From NCBI GenBank assembly GCA_016840035.1, contig JAEOTC010000109.1, positions 1 to 19,221 on the forward strand: 19,221 nt of DNA. Reading direction: 5' to 3'. Position 1 is the first letter of the stretch. Every line of letters starts with the position of its first letter. The DNA comes from Candidatus Hodarchaeota archaeon (GTDB lineage Archaea > Asgardarchaeota > Heimdallarchaeia > Hodarchaeales > Hodarchaeaceae). The translations under genes were made by a program, and so were the position numbers. The notes under the pieces were generated by a model. The model did not search any database. It was not told the origin of the DNA and saw only the letters and a program-made list of their open reading frames with translations. This document shows, in pieces, positions 1-8,463 of this stretch.

Positions 1-727
1 CAGCTTTCTGTAAAAGTTTAGCCTCTAATTCTTGCTTATCAGAAGTATCCGATCCCATTGCAGTAATGTGGGTTCCTTTAGAAACCTGATCAGCTTTAAT
101 TAATGGTGTTTTTGAGGGTGTACAGGTCACAATTAAGTTACAGGAGCTGGTTATATCTTCAGGGTTTTGGGTGGTCTCGATTTCAAATCCAAAAGCACTC
201 ATATGATCTGCATAGCTCTTCAAGTTTTGTTTACTTCTTCCCCAGACGCTCACTTTCCTACAATTGATCATCTGTTTCAAATATTCTAGCTGCATTTTTC
301 CCTGCATTCCCGTGCCGAAAATTCCAATACGTTCCACATTTTTTGGAGCCATATATTTTGCGGCAATCGCTCCTGCACTTGCAGTTCTAACTTCAGTTAA
401 TAATCCTTCATCCAGTAAAATACATTCAATAGCACCATTAGTTTGATTGAAAATGATATTGAGGCCATTGGTGGATGGAAGTCCCATCTTTGGGTTGTTA
501 TAAAATCCTTCGGCTATTTTGACCACAAAATATTGATCATTTTTTATGAACCCGTATTTTATATGACATTCTCCTGGATTTTCGGGATTATCAAAGATCA
601 TTTCTCCTACTGGAGGCACTACTACGTTTCCTTGCGAATAAGCTACAAATCCTTCTTCAATGATTTGAATTGGATCAATATCCGTCAGTATTTTCTTAAT
701 AATCTCCAATTGAAGTATCTCTGTCAT
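1..727 (-). CDS. Ornithine cyclodeaminase/mu-crystallin family protein (EutC/alanine dehydrogenase/imine reductase-like), 3' end truncated by window edge
   Basis: Not in the ORF track; translated by hand from ATG at 727 with AGGTGA RBS at 735-740. MTEILQLEIIKK...VVVPPVGEM...GECHIKYG...VVKIAEGFYNNPKMGLPSTNG...LLDEGLLTEVRTASAGAIAAKYMAP...IGIFGTGMQG (Rossmann GxGxxG)...IVTCTPS...HITAMGSD. Open to base 1. Confidence 0.92.
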   Translation of the reverse strand, partial: MTEILQLEIIKKILTDIDPIQIIEEGFVAYSQGNVVVPPVGEMIFDNPENPGECHIKYGFIKNDQYFVVKIAEGFYNNPKMGLPSTNGLNIIFNQTNGAIECILLDEGLLTEVRTASAGAIAAKYMAPKNVERIGIFGTGMQGKMQLEYLKQMINCRKVSVWGRSKQNLKSYADHMSAFGFEIETTQNPEDITSSCNLIVTCTPSKTPLIKADQVSKGTHITAMGSDTSDKQELEAKLLQKA

Positions 728-759
728 GAGGATTTCACCTTAAGTTTATTCATTAAATC

Positions 760-1548
760 TCAGCTACTTGTTATAAATTTATTAACAATTGAATAGAGAT
801 GAGTGGGATTCTGTCTAGCCATTGTGTGATCACTATCTCTCACATAATAAACAGAAATCTTATTGTCTAGGAGTGTTTTTTCAGCAGGATAAGTTCCCTT
901 ATTTTTTTCACCGTAGATATAACATTTCTTCAAAGGTAAATGAATAAATTCTTCTATCAGTTGTGGATTACTTGATAACCGAACAGTATCATCAGCACTT
1001 TTGTAAAGAGCAAGTGAAGACGCTTTCTGAAAATTTTTGAGATAAGCAGGATATTCTCGTAAACCTTTCTCAAATTTACTTCTTCCTGAATCAAGAAAGT
1101 CGTCGAGTGGGACTTTCAATATTCCTCCAGTTACAAAACAGTCATCAAGAGTAAGGTTACCCTCCAAATTAATGAATGAGAGAGCTTGAGGTGGAGATTG
1201 GCTAATCATTTCCATTGCTACAAGGCCACCCATCGAGTGGGCACAAATATGAAATCTACTCATTCCCAATTCATTTAAGGCTTGAATCGTAAAGGCCGCT
1301 TGGTTCGACATCTCATAGCTGAACTTATCAGGTTTAGAACTATCACCAAAACCTATTAAATCTAGTGAAATTAGGTTATAGCCAATTAATGAGTTATTTT
1401 CAAATGCAAATCTGAAATGTTCTCGTGAGGAGCCGAATCCGTGAATGAAAACTAAATTGGGAGCATCTTCTGAGGAGCTCTCTCGTCTTGTAAAAGCTAA
1501 TTGGATATCTTTTCCAATCGTTATTTCCTCGTTTAGAATCTTAGACAT
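760..1548 (-). CDS. Alpha/beta-fold hydrolase
   Basis: VFIHGFGSS oxyanion motif, DLIGFGDS, nucleophile elbow AHSMGG, probable catalytic His in DSDHTM. Confidence 0.9.
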   Translation of the reverse strand: MSKILNEEITIGKDIQLAFTRRESSSEDAPNLVFIHGFGSSREHFRFAFENNSLIGYNLISLDLIGFGDSSKPDKFSYEMSNQAAFTIQALNELGMSRFHICAHSMGGLVAMEMISQSPPQALSFINLEGNLTLDDCFVTGGILKVPLDDFLDSGRSKFEKGLREYPAYLKNFQKASSLALYKSADDTVRLSSNPQLIEEFIHLPLKKCYIYGEKNKGTYPAEKTLLDNKISVYYVRDSDHTMARQNPTHLYSIVNKFITSS

Positions 1549-1659
1549 TAGTTGTCAACCCAGATAGTTCAGAATGGTTTTACTCCCGAGATTAAAGATA
1601 CTTGAAATTTTCCTTTGTTCTCCAATTTTGTATAACCCTAAGTGGTTACTTCCTTGAAA

Positions 1660-2475
1660 TTAGCTTTTTGAAAATCCACCATGATGAAATTCGATTTTAT
1701 ATGGTAATTTCTTTTTTTCACAATAACTTCTAATTTCTGTCTCGATTGAGTCCCAGTAGCTTTGATCTCGACGGAGTTCTTCATAGATTGGTAAATATTG
1801 GGGAAAATATTCTTGTACTATCTTCAAAATTCGTGGAATATTATGAGGCCGAAAATTCAAATTTTCAAACATATATTGATCTGTAAACGATTCTGTTTCC
1901 TCTAAAATATTTTTAAAGTCTGTTATCTCTGGAAAATAGGGTGAAATAAACGTATATGTTTTGATTCCCGCGTCTGCAACCTGCTTTAAAGCATTGATTC
2001 GATCTATTGGTTTGGAAGCTCCTCGTTCAATTACTTTAGCAAAAGTTGTATCTAAGGTACTGATTGATATACCCACTTCAATATTTTTAAACTGTTTAAA
2101 GAGATCAATGTCTCTCGTCACTAATTTTGATTTTGTAAGAATAGAGATGTCCGCTTCAGTGTCAACAAGTTTCTCCAGAATTCTACGAGTATTCTGATAT
2201 TTTTTCTCAAGTGGTAAGTAAGGATCAGTTACAGAACTCAATAAAAGACTTTTTCCATTATATCGTTGGGATTTAATCTTCCCAAAATCATAAGTCTTGA
2301 TATCAAGGAATTCACCCCATTTTTCCCCTTTATGACCAGTGAATCGAATCATGAATTCAGCATAGCAGTAAATACAACCATGCTGACATCCAGTGTATGG
2401 ATTTATCACATAATCAATAGATGGTATGTTACTTTTGGTTATTATGCTTTTAGCTTCACGAAAATTAACTTTCAT
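1660..2475 (-). CDS. Radical SAM protein, spore photoproduct lyase (SPL)-like family
   Basis: INPYTGCQHGCIYCYA (CX3CX2C), SSVTDPY, LTKS..RDIDL motifs typical of SPL-like radical SAM proteins. True substrate not established. Confidence 0.88.
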   Translation of the reverse strand: MKVNFREAKSIITKSNIPSIDYVINPYTGCQHGCIYCYAEFMIRFTGHKGEKWGEFLDIKTYDFGKIKSQRYNGKSLLLSSVTDPYLPLEKKYQNTRRILEKLVDTEADISILTKSKLVTRDIDLFKQFKNIEVGISISTLDTTFAKVIERGASKPIDRINALKQVADAGIKTYTFISPYFPEITDFKNILEETESFTDQYMFENLNFRPHNIPRILKIVQEYFPQYLPIYEELRRDQSYWDSIETEIRSYCEKKKLPYKIEFHHGGFSKS

Positions 2476-2496
2476 CCTAATAAGACCTGCTATTGT

Positions 2497-3474
2497 TTAT
2501 GTTTCATTAATAACTTGTTTTAGTAATTTATTGTCAATATTGCCTCCACTAAGGACACAGACTACATTTAGATTATCTGAAATTGAAATTTTATTGGCCA
2601 TTAATGCTGCAATACCCGCTGCACCTGCAGGTTCACACACTAACTTACCTTTCAGCAGAAGTAGACGCAAAGCGTCAATAATTTCTTCATCAGAAACTAG
2701 GACAATCTTATCAACAAATTTTTGAGCGTGAGCTAACGTATATTGTCCTGCAAATGGTGCTGCTAATCCATCAGCAATAGTATTAATTTTTTCTAAGGAT
2801 ATGACCTCGTTCTTTTTCAGACTTTCATACATAGCGGCTGCACCTAATGGTTCGACCCCTATTACTTTCACCTCAGGGTGTTTCAATTTTATTGCAGCAG
2901 CAATTCCCGAGATAAGTCCACCTCCCCCAACAGGAACAATCACCACGTCGGGAATTGATTTAAGATCATTAAATATCTCTAAACCAATAGTACCCTGTCC
3001 TGCAATTATTGATAAATCATCAAATGGGTGAACAAGTGTCAAGTTCTCTCTAGTTTGGGTGGTATTTAGTCTTTCAAGTAGAGTCCTACTATCTTCATGA
3101 ACAATCACTTCGGCACCAAGACTTCTTGTAGTTTCAATTTTGTTTTTTGCCGAATAAGAAGGCATAACAATAACCGCACGAATCCCTTCATTCTTGCATG
3201 CATAAGCAAGACTCTGAGCATGATTTCCTGCTGAAATAGTAACGACACCATTACTTTTTTCTTGATTGGATAAGGATTGGAGTTTATTCAAAACACCTCG
3301 TAATTTAAAAGACCCCATTTTCTGAAAAAGTTCCGCTTTGAGGTATAATTGTGTACCTAAAGTTTCATCTAACTTCATACTTGAGATCAAAGGAGTTTTA
3401 TGAATGGAATTCTGAATTACGTGTTTGGCATTAAGAATATCTTGAAAACTAACTAATTGAATCTTTGTGTTCAC
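2497..3474 (-). CDS. PLP-dependent threonine/serine dehydratase (fold type II, no C-terminal ACT domain)
   Basis: KAELFQKMGSFKLRG (PLP lysine), SAGNHAQ, HPFDD..IIAGQGT, PVGGGGLISG, TIADGL, EPAGA, LSGGN. GTG start, 325 aa. Confidence 0.92.
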   Translation of the reverse strand: MNTKIQLVSFQDILNAKHVIQNSIHKTPLISSMKLDETLGTQLYLKAELFQKMGSFKLRGVLNKLQSLSNQEKSNGVVTISAGNHAQSLAYACKNEGIRAVIVMPSYSAKNKIETTRSLGAEVIVHEDSRTLLERLNTTQTRENLTLVHPFDDLSIIAGQGTIGLEIFNDLKSIPDVVIVPVGGGGLISGIAAAIKLKHPEVKVIGVEPLGAAAMYESLKKNEVISLEKINTIADGLAAPFAGQYTLAHAQKFVDKIVLVSDEEIIDALRLLLLKGKLVCEPAGAAGIAALMANKISISDNLNVVCVLSGGNIDNKLLKQVINET

Positions 3475-3641
3475 AGTAAACCCTTTCTTTAATACTTAAC
3501 CAAGAAAAAATAGTTAGTGTAGTAAGAACAACTTCTTGTATTTAATTAATATAATGGTAGTTATCCAGGAATTGTAGATTAAACTAACAATAAAGGGATG
3601 ATTTCAAATAAAATCGTGAAAAATTTGAAAATTATCTTCAG

Positions 3642-3673
3642 AAAACAAAAAAAAAGAATGAAGAGAGTAAAAA
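3642..3673 (-). terminator. Putative archaeal oligo-T terminator downstream of rubrerythrin
   Basis: Minus strand reads TTTTTACTCTCTTCATTCTTTTTTTTTGTTTT directly after the stop; the A9 run is at 3647-3655 on +. Confidence 0.5.
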
Positions 3674-4177
3674 TTACTCCACTTCGAAGAATTTGTCGTG
3701 AACAGCCCCACAGATAGGACATACTTCAGGAGCTTCACCTTCAACAGTATAGCCACAGACTTCGCAGACAAACATTTTGACTACATCCAAATCCTTCCCT
3801 GCTTCAGCAGCAACTAAAGCTTTGGAATATAGCTCATGATGAATTACTTCTACTTGATTAGCTAAATCAAAACTACGTTCAGCACGTTTATTTCCCTCTT
3901 TCTTAGCTTCTTCCAAAAATTCAGGATACATAGTCGTGAATTCATAATGTTCGCCAGCAATGGCATCTTTAACATTTTCAACGGTTGATTTTACTCCACC
4001 TACAGTCCGAAAATGAGCATGTGCATGCACTGTTTCAGCTGCTGCAGCGGCACGAAATACTCGTGCAATTTGAGGATATCCATCTTTATCTGCTTTTACA
4101 GCATATGCTAAGTACTTGCGGTTCGCTTGTGATTCCCCAGCAAACGCTGCCATAAGATTTTTCTCACTATTACCCAT
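3674..4177 (-). CDS. rbr: Rubrerythrin
   Basis: Diiron motifs AFAGESQANRKY, AETVHA, GEHYEFTTMY, VEVIHH and C-terminal rubredoxin CEVCG...CPICG. ATG at 4177 preferred over TTG at 4186 because the AAAGGAG RBS (4187-4193) lies 9 nt upstream of it. Confidence 0.95.
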   Translation of the reverse strand: MGNSEKNLMAAFAGESQANRKYLAYAVKADKDGYPQIARVFRAAAAAETVHAHAHFRTVGGVKSTVENVKDAIAGEHYEFTTMYPEFLEEAKKEGNKRAERSFDLANQVEVIHHELYSKALVAAEAGKDLDVVKMFVCEVCGYTVEGEAPEVCPICGAVHDKFFEVE

Positions 4178-4209
4178 TACAGTCAACTCCTTTGAGTTAG
4201 TGAGTAGGG

Positions 4210-4235
4210 CATAAAGGTTATATATTTACCTTATG
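4210..4235. promoter_or_regulatory. TATA-like element enclosed in an inverted repeat, upstream of rbr (divergent rbr/sdhA region)
   Basis: CATAA(A)GGT-TATATATTT-ACCTTATG: 8-bp arms with one bulged base. The minus strand gives AAATATATAA about 40 nt upstream of the rbr ATG. Confidence 0.45.
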
Positions 4236-4436
4236 GTTCGTCTGCCAATCTAGACCTAATTATTGTGAATTCTGAGTCAGGAGACCCTTTAAAAATAGCA
4301 ATCGACGATTTTCGTAAATGTTTTTAAGCTCTTAAATCCTAGTGTAATTCTTCTCACTTTAAAAGGAAAAAATCTCTTATAGTTGATTACAATAGAAGAA
4401 TCTATTAAGAATTTGTTGAATTTGGAAGGATATTCT

Positions 4437-6164
4437 TTGAGTGTAAAGGAATTTGATGCATTAATTGTCGGGGGAGGACTAAGTGGGTTACGAGCGGGGT
4501 TAGAATTATCAAAAAAGTGGAAAGTTGCCCTAGTAAGTAAAGTAGTACCCGTAAGAAGCCATTCAGGAGCAGCACAAGGTGGGATAAACGCAGCGTTGGG
4601 AAACCATCCAGAGAGTAAAGATGACACACCAGAAAAGCACGCATTTGATACTGTGAAAGGGAGTGATTATCTTGCTGATCAAGATGTAGTTATGTTTATG
4701 ACAAAAGAGGCACCAAAAATAGTGGTAGAATTTGAAAGTATGGGTGCACCATTCTCACGGTTAGATGATGGGAAGATTGCACAACGTCCATTTGGAGGTG
4801 CAGGATCACCAAGGACTTGTTATGCTGCAGATCGGACGGGACATGCACTACTGCATACTCTCTATGAGCAATGTGTTAGACAGGGTGTCAAGTTTTATGA
4901 TGAATTCTTTTTGATAGATTTGGTTACCGTGGATGGACAAGTAACTGGAGGGTTGACTCTTGATTTATCTACAGGAGAATTAGTGACTTTTCGAGCCCCT
5001 TACGTTATCCTAGCTACTGGAGGGTTTGGACGAATTTTTGAAGCAAGTACAAATGCTGTAATCTGTACTGGTGATGGGGTTGGTGCTGCCTTTCGTGCAG
5101 GTGTACCGATGCAAGATTGTGAGTTTGTCCAATTTCATCCTACTTGCCTTTATGGATCAGATATTCTGATGAGTGAGGGTGCACGTGGAGAAGGAGGTTT
5201 ACTTTATAACAACAAAAAAGAGCGATTTATGCTAGAAATTGCTCCTGAGGCAAAAGAGCTTGCTCCTCGAGATATTGTCGCACGCGCAATTACAACTGAA
5301 ATCAATGAAGGACGGGGATATGAAGATGCTTATGTACACTTGGATCTAACTCACCTTGGTGCCGAACGTATCAAAGAACGATTACCTGGAATACGTGATA
5401 TTGCTATTGATTTTGCAGGAGTTGATTCAATCGAAAAACCCATCCCAGTACATGCAGGCCATCATTACAGTATGGGTGGAATAGGAACCAAGTATGATGG
5501 AGACTTCTGCGAAACTTCAGTCAATGGTCTATGGGCTGTTGGAGAAAATGCTGCTGTATCTGTTCATGGTGCAAATCGACTGGGAGGAAATAGTTTACTT
5601 GAAACTGCGGTTTTTGGAAGATTTATTGGTAGGAAAATGCTAGAAAGGGGATTACCTTCTTTACCTCCAGCAGATGAACTCAAAAAGGCAGAGAAGAAAC
5701 TTCTTCTAGAAATTGAACAATTATTTAAGAATTGGGAGGTTAATTCTGGTAAAAAACCAGTCGAGATACGCGAGGCGATGGGTAATACTCTAAGTCGGAA
5801 TGTGTTTGTCTTTAGAAAAGAATCTGAACTTCAACAAGCTGTTAATGATCTAAGTGCACTTCAAAAGGATTTCAACAATGTTAGTCTGAAGAACATCAGC
5901 TCCCCTGAAAATAGAAAATTCAATTTTGGATTGATTCGCACTTTAGAGCTCCGGAATATGATTGATATTGCAGAAGTTACCGCTTATGCGTCTTTGTGGA
6001 GAAAAGAAAGTCGTGGGGCGCATTATCGAACAGATTATCCTACTCGGAATGATGAAGAATATCTCGTCCATTCAATGGTGATTCGGAATGAACAAGGAGA
6101 GCTTGAGATGCGTACAAAACCAGTGAAATTGGGAATATTTGAACCAAAACCGAGGGAATATTAA
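4437..6164 (+). CDS. sdhA: Succinate dehydrogenase/fumarate reductase flavoprotein subunit
   Basis: GGGLSG, SHSGAAQGG (covalent-FAD His), QRPFGG, QFHPT, SEGARGEGG, ELAPRDIVARAI, HYSMGG, HGANRLGGNSL, ESRGAHYR. TTG at 4437 follows a GGAAGG RBS; the ORF track starts at 4383. Reaction direction (SDH vs FRD) cannot be determined. Confidence 0.95.
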   Translation: MSVKEFDALIVGGGLSGLRAGLELSKKWKVALVSKVVPVRSHSGAAQGGINAALGNHPESKDDTPEKHAFDTVKGSDYLADQDVVMFMTKEAPKIVVEFESMGAPFSRLDDGKIAQRPFGGAGSPRTCYAADRTGHALLHTLYEQCVRQGVKFYDEFFLIDLVTVDGQVTGGLTLDLSTGELVTFRAPYVILATGGFGRIFEASTNAVICTGDGVGAAFRAGVPMQDCEFVQFHPTCLYGSDILMSEGARGEGGLLYNNKKERFMLEIAPEAKELAPRDIVARAITTEINEGRGYEDAYVHLDLTHLGAERIKERLPGIRDIAIDFAGVDSIEKPIPVHAGHHYSMGGIGTKYDGDFCETSVNGLWAVGENAAVSVHGANRLGGNSLLETAVFGRFIGRKMLERGLPSLPPADELKKAEKKLLLEIEQLFKNWEVNSGKKPVEIREAMGNTLSRNVFVFRKESELQQAVNDLSALQKDFNNVSLKNISSPENRKFNFGLIRTLELRNMIDIAEVTAYASLWRKESRGAHYRTDYPTRNDEEYLVHSMVIRNEQGELEMRTKPVKLGIFEPKPREY

Positions 6165-6175
6165 AGGTGAAGAAA

Positions 6176-6940
6176 ATGGTAATTAAGCAGAAATTTTTAG
6201 TGTTTAGAAAAAATCCAAACGAATCTCCCCGTTATGAACGATATGAAGTCCCACTTAAACCAGGGATGAGTATTCTTGAAGCATTATTCTACATTCAGGA
6301 CCATTATGATTCCAACTTTGCATTTCGATATGCCTGCCGTGGGGCGATTTGTGGATCATGTGGAATGACTATTGACAAATTCCCCCAATTAGCGTGTCGA
6401 ACACAAGTAGCTGCAGTTAAATCAGCAAAAAAGCCTCCTAAACTTCCTGAACTTACCTTTGGAGATGTACCTACTGATTGGAATGAAGAAACCGAAATCC
6501 TCATTGAACCTCTCCCTAATATGGATCCTGTGAAGGATCTTGTTGTAGAAATGGAACCTTTCTGGAAATTTTATGAGGAAGTACAACCGTACTTTAAACG
6601 AGAATATAATGATGTCCAACCAGAATCCTTACAATCCTATGAAGATGCCCGATCGATCGAACATCTGGTTTACTGTATCTTATGTGGGATTTGCTGGACA
6701 TGTCCCGTGAATGCGACTAATATAAACTATTTAGGTCCGACAGCGTTAGCAAAGGCACATCGATTCATTGCAGATACACGTGTGGATGATGAACATCGTG
6801 GAAATATTGTAAAACGCGTTTCCAACGATGATGGTGTCCCTGCGTGTGAAAAACACTTTATTTGCAATAGGGTTTGTCCCAAAGGAGTCAAACCAGGAAC
6901 AGCTATTCAGAATATCCGTAAAGAATACCTTACTCCATAA
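6176..6940 (+). CDS. sdhB: Succinate dehydrogenase/fumarate reductase iron-sulfur subunit
   Basis: [2Fe-2S] CRGAICGSC...LAC, IEPLPN..PVKDLVV, CILCGICWTCP, YLGP, CEKHFICNRVCPKG. ATG at 6176 follows AGGTGA (6165-6170); the ORF track uses GTG 6167. Confidence 0.93.
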   Translation: MVIKQKFLVFRKNPNESPRYERYEVPLKPGMSILEALFYIQDHYDSNFAFRYACRGAICGSCGMTIDKFPQLACRTQVAAVKSAKKPPKLPELTFGDVPTDWNEETEILIEPLPNMDPVKDLVVEMEPFWKFYEEVQPYFKREYNDVQPESLQSYEDARSIEHLVYCILCGICWTCPVNATNINYLGPTALAKAHRFIADTRVDDEHRGNIVKRVSNDDGVPACEKHFICNRVCPKGVKPGTAIQNIRKEYLTP

Positions 6941-6973
6941 AAATGACATAAGGGGCAATTGAGAGGACAAAAA

Positions 6974-8377
6974 ATGACTGAATATCGAAAAGAAAAAGAT
7001 AGTCTAGGGGAAGTGAAAGTTCCTAAAGATCGTTATTATGGAGCTCAAACCCAACGCTCAATTGAAAACTTTCCATTTGAGTCTTCAGCCCATGTTTCTT
7101 TCCCTTTAGAATTCATCAAAGCCTTAGGAATTGTTAAACAAACATGTGCTCATGTAAATAGGGATCTTGGACTTATTCCTTCAGATATTGCTAATGCAAT
7201 AATTACCGCGGCACAAGAGGTGATTGATGGAAAATTTAACGATCAATTTCCCCTAATAATATGGCAAACGGGTTCTGGTACACAAACGAATATGAATGTT
7301 AATGAAGTCATCGCTAATCGGGCCAATGAACTACTGGGGGCAGAAATTGGATCATATAAACCAGTTCACCCGAATGATCATGTGAATAGATCTCAATCCT
7401 CAAATGACGTGATTCCAACAGCTATGCATATTTCTGCCGCTGTTTTAATAGAGAATTCTTTGATTCCGTCGTTAAAATTACTAAGAGAGAAGCTACAAGA
7501 AAAACAGGAGATATATAGTAGTGTAATAAAGACAGGACGGACACATCTACAAGATGCAACACCAGTTTCATTTGGACAGGTATTTTCTAGCTACGTAACT
7601 CAAATTGAGAAAGGTTTGAAGCGGATCGAGAGTTCATTAGTAAATATGTATGAATTAGCTCTCGGAGGGTCTGCTGTTGGAACTGGGTTAAACACACACC
7701 CAGAGTTTGCAAAACGAACAGCCAGTCTGATAGCAAAAGAAACAAGAATCCCTTTCATTACAGGTTTAAACAAATTCGAGGGTTTGGCCGCGCATGATGC
7801 TATTGTTGAAATGAGTGGTGCATTACGCGTGGTCGCGGTTAGCTTGATGAAAATCGCAAACGATATTCGTTGGATGGGTTCTGGGCCAAGAGCTGGATTG
7901 GGTGAATTGATATTACCAATGAATGAACCTGGATCATCAATTATGCCTGGAAAAGTCAATCCCACTCAAGCTGAATCAGTCATTCAAGTAGTTGCTCAGG
8001 TAATTGGTAATGATAGCACGATTGGATTTGCTGGATCTCAAGGGAATATGGAATTAAATGTGCTTAAACCTGTAATAATCTATAATTTACTCCAATCGAT
8101 TCAATTGTTGTCAAACGTCTCAAGAAACTTTGCCCAAAACTGTATTTCGGGAATAACTGTAAATGAGGAAAAGGTTAAACGTGATTTGGAACAGAACCTT
8201 ATGCTGATCACTAATTTAACTCCAATTCTAGGGTATGAAAAAGCAGCTGCCGTCGCCCATGAAGCTTTTATCTCAAATAAATCTCTGAAAGAAGTGCTTT
8301 TGGCTAAGAATTTACTATCTGAAGAGGAAATTGATAAAGCTCTCGATCCTTCAAAGATGATCACCCCTCAAAAATGA
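6974..8377 (+). CDS. fumC: Class II fumarate hydratase
   Basis: YYGAQTQRS, WQTGSGTQTNMN, HPNDHVNRSQSSND, GRTHLQDATP, signature GSSIMPGKVNP. ATG at 6974 follows GAGG. Confidence 0.96.
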   Translation: MTEYRKEKDSLGEVKVPKDRYYGAQTQRSIENFPFESSAHVSFPLEFIKALGIVKQTCAHVNRDLGLIPSDIANAIITAAQEVIDGKFNDQFPLIIWQTGSGTQTNMNVNEVIANRANELLGAEIGSYKPVHPNDHVNRSQSSNDVIPTAMHISAAVLIENSLIPSLKLLREKLQEKQEIYSSVIKTGRTHLQDATPVSFGQVFSSYVTQIEKGLKRIESSLVNMYELALGGSAVGTGLNTHPEFAKRTASLIAKETRIPFITGLNKFEGLAAHDAIVEMSGALRVVAVSLMKIANDIRWMGSGPRAGLGELILPMNEPGSSIMPGKVNPTQAESVIQVVAQVIGNDSTIGFAGSQGNMELNVLKPVIIYNLLQSIQLLSNVSRNFAQNCISGITVNEEKVKRDLEQNLMLITNLTPILGYEKAAAVAHEAFISNKSLKEVLLAKNLLSEEEIDKALDPSKMITPQK

Positions 8378-8463
8378 GTCTTTTCTAAAGTCAAACCTTG
8401 ATAGTAATTGTAAACCTTTTTTTGTTAGGAATTCTCGATCATCTATAGAGAAGATGATTATCT

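Noticed and set aside
264-796. Plus-strand ORFs 264-446 and 443-796
   Set aside because: Antisense shadows of the OCD-family gene; no recognisable motifs.
1961-3031. Short plus-strand ORFs over the radical SAM and dehydratase genes
   Set aside because: Antisense to well-supported genes.
3602-3630. Inverted repeat TTTCAAAT-N13-ATTTGAAA
   Set aside because: Nearly all A/T in an AT-rich spacer; plausible by chance.
4437-6940. Assignment as methanogen-type thiol:fumarate reductase (TfrAB)
   Set aside because: The B subunit lacks the C-terminal CCG domains of TfrB.
4289-8364. Minus-strand ORFs overlapping sdhA, sdhB and fumC, considered as hidden anchor subunits
   Set aside because: They are antisense shadows without the multi-TM, heme-His pattern of SdhC/D.
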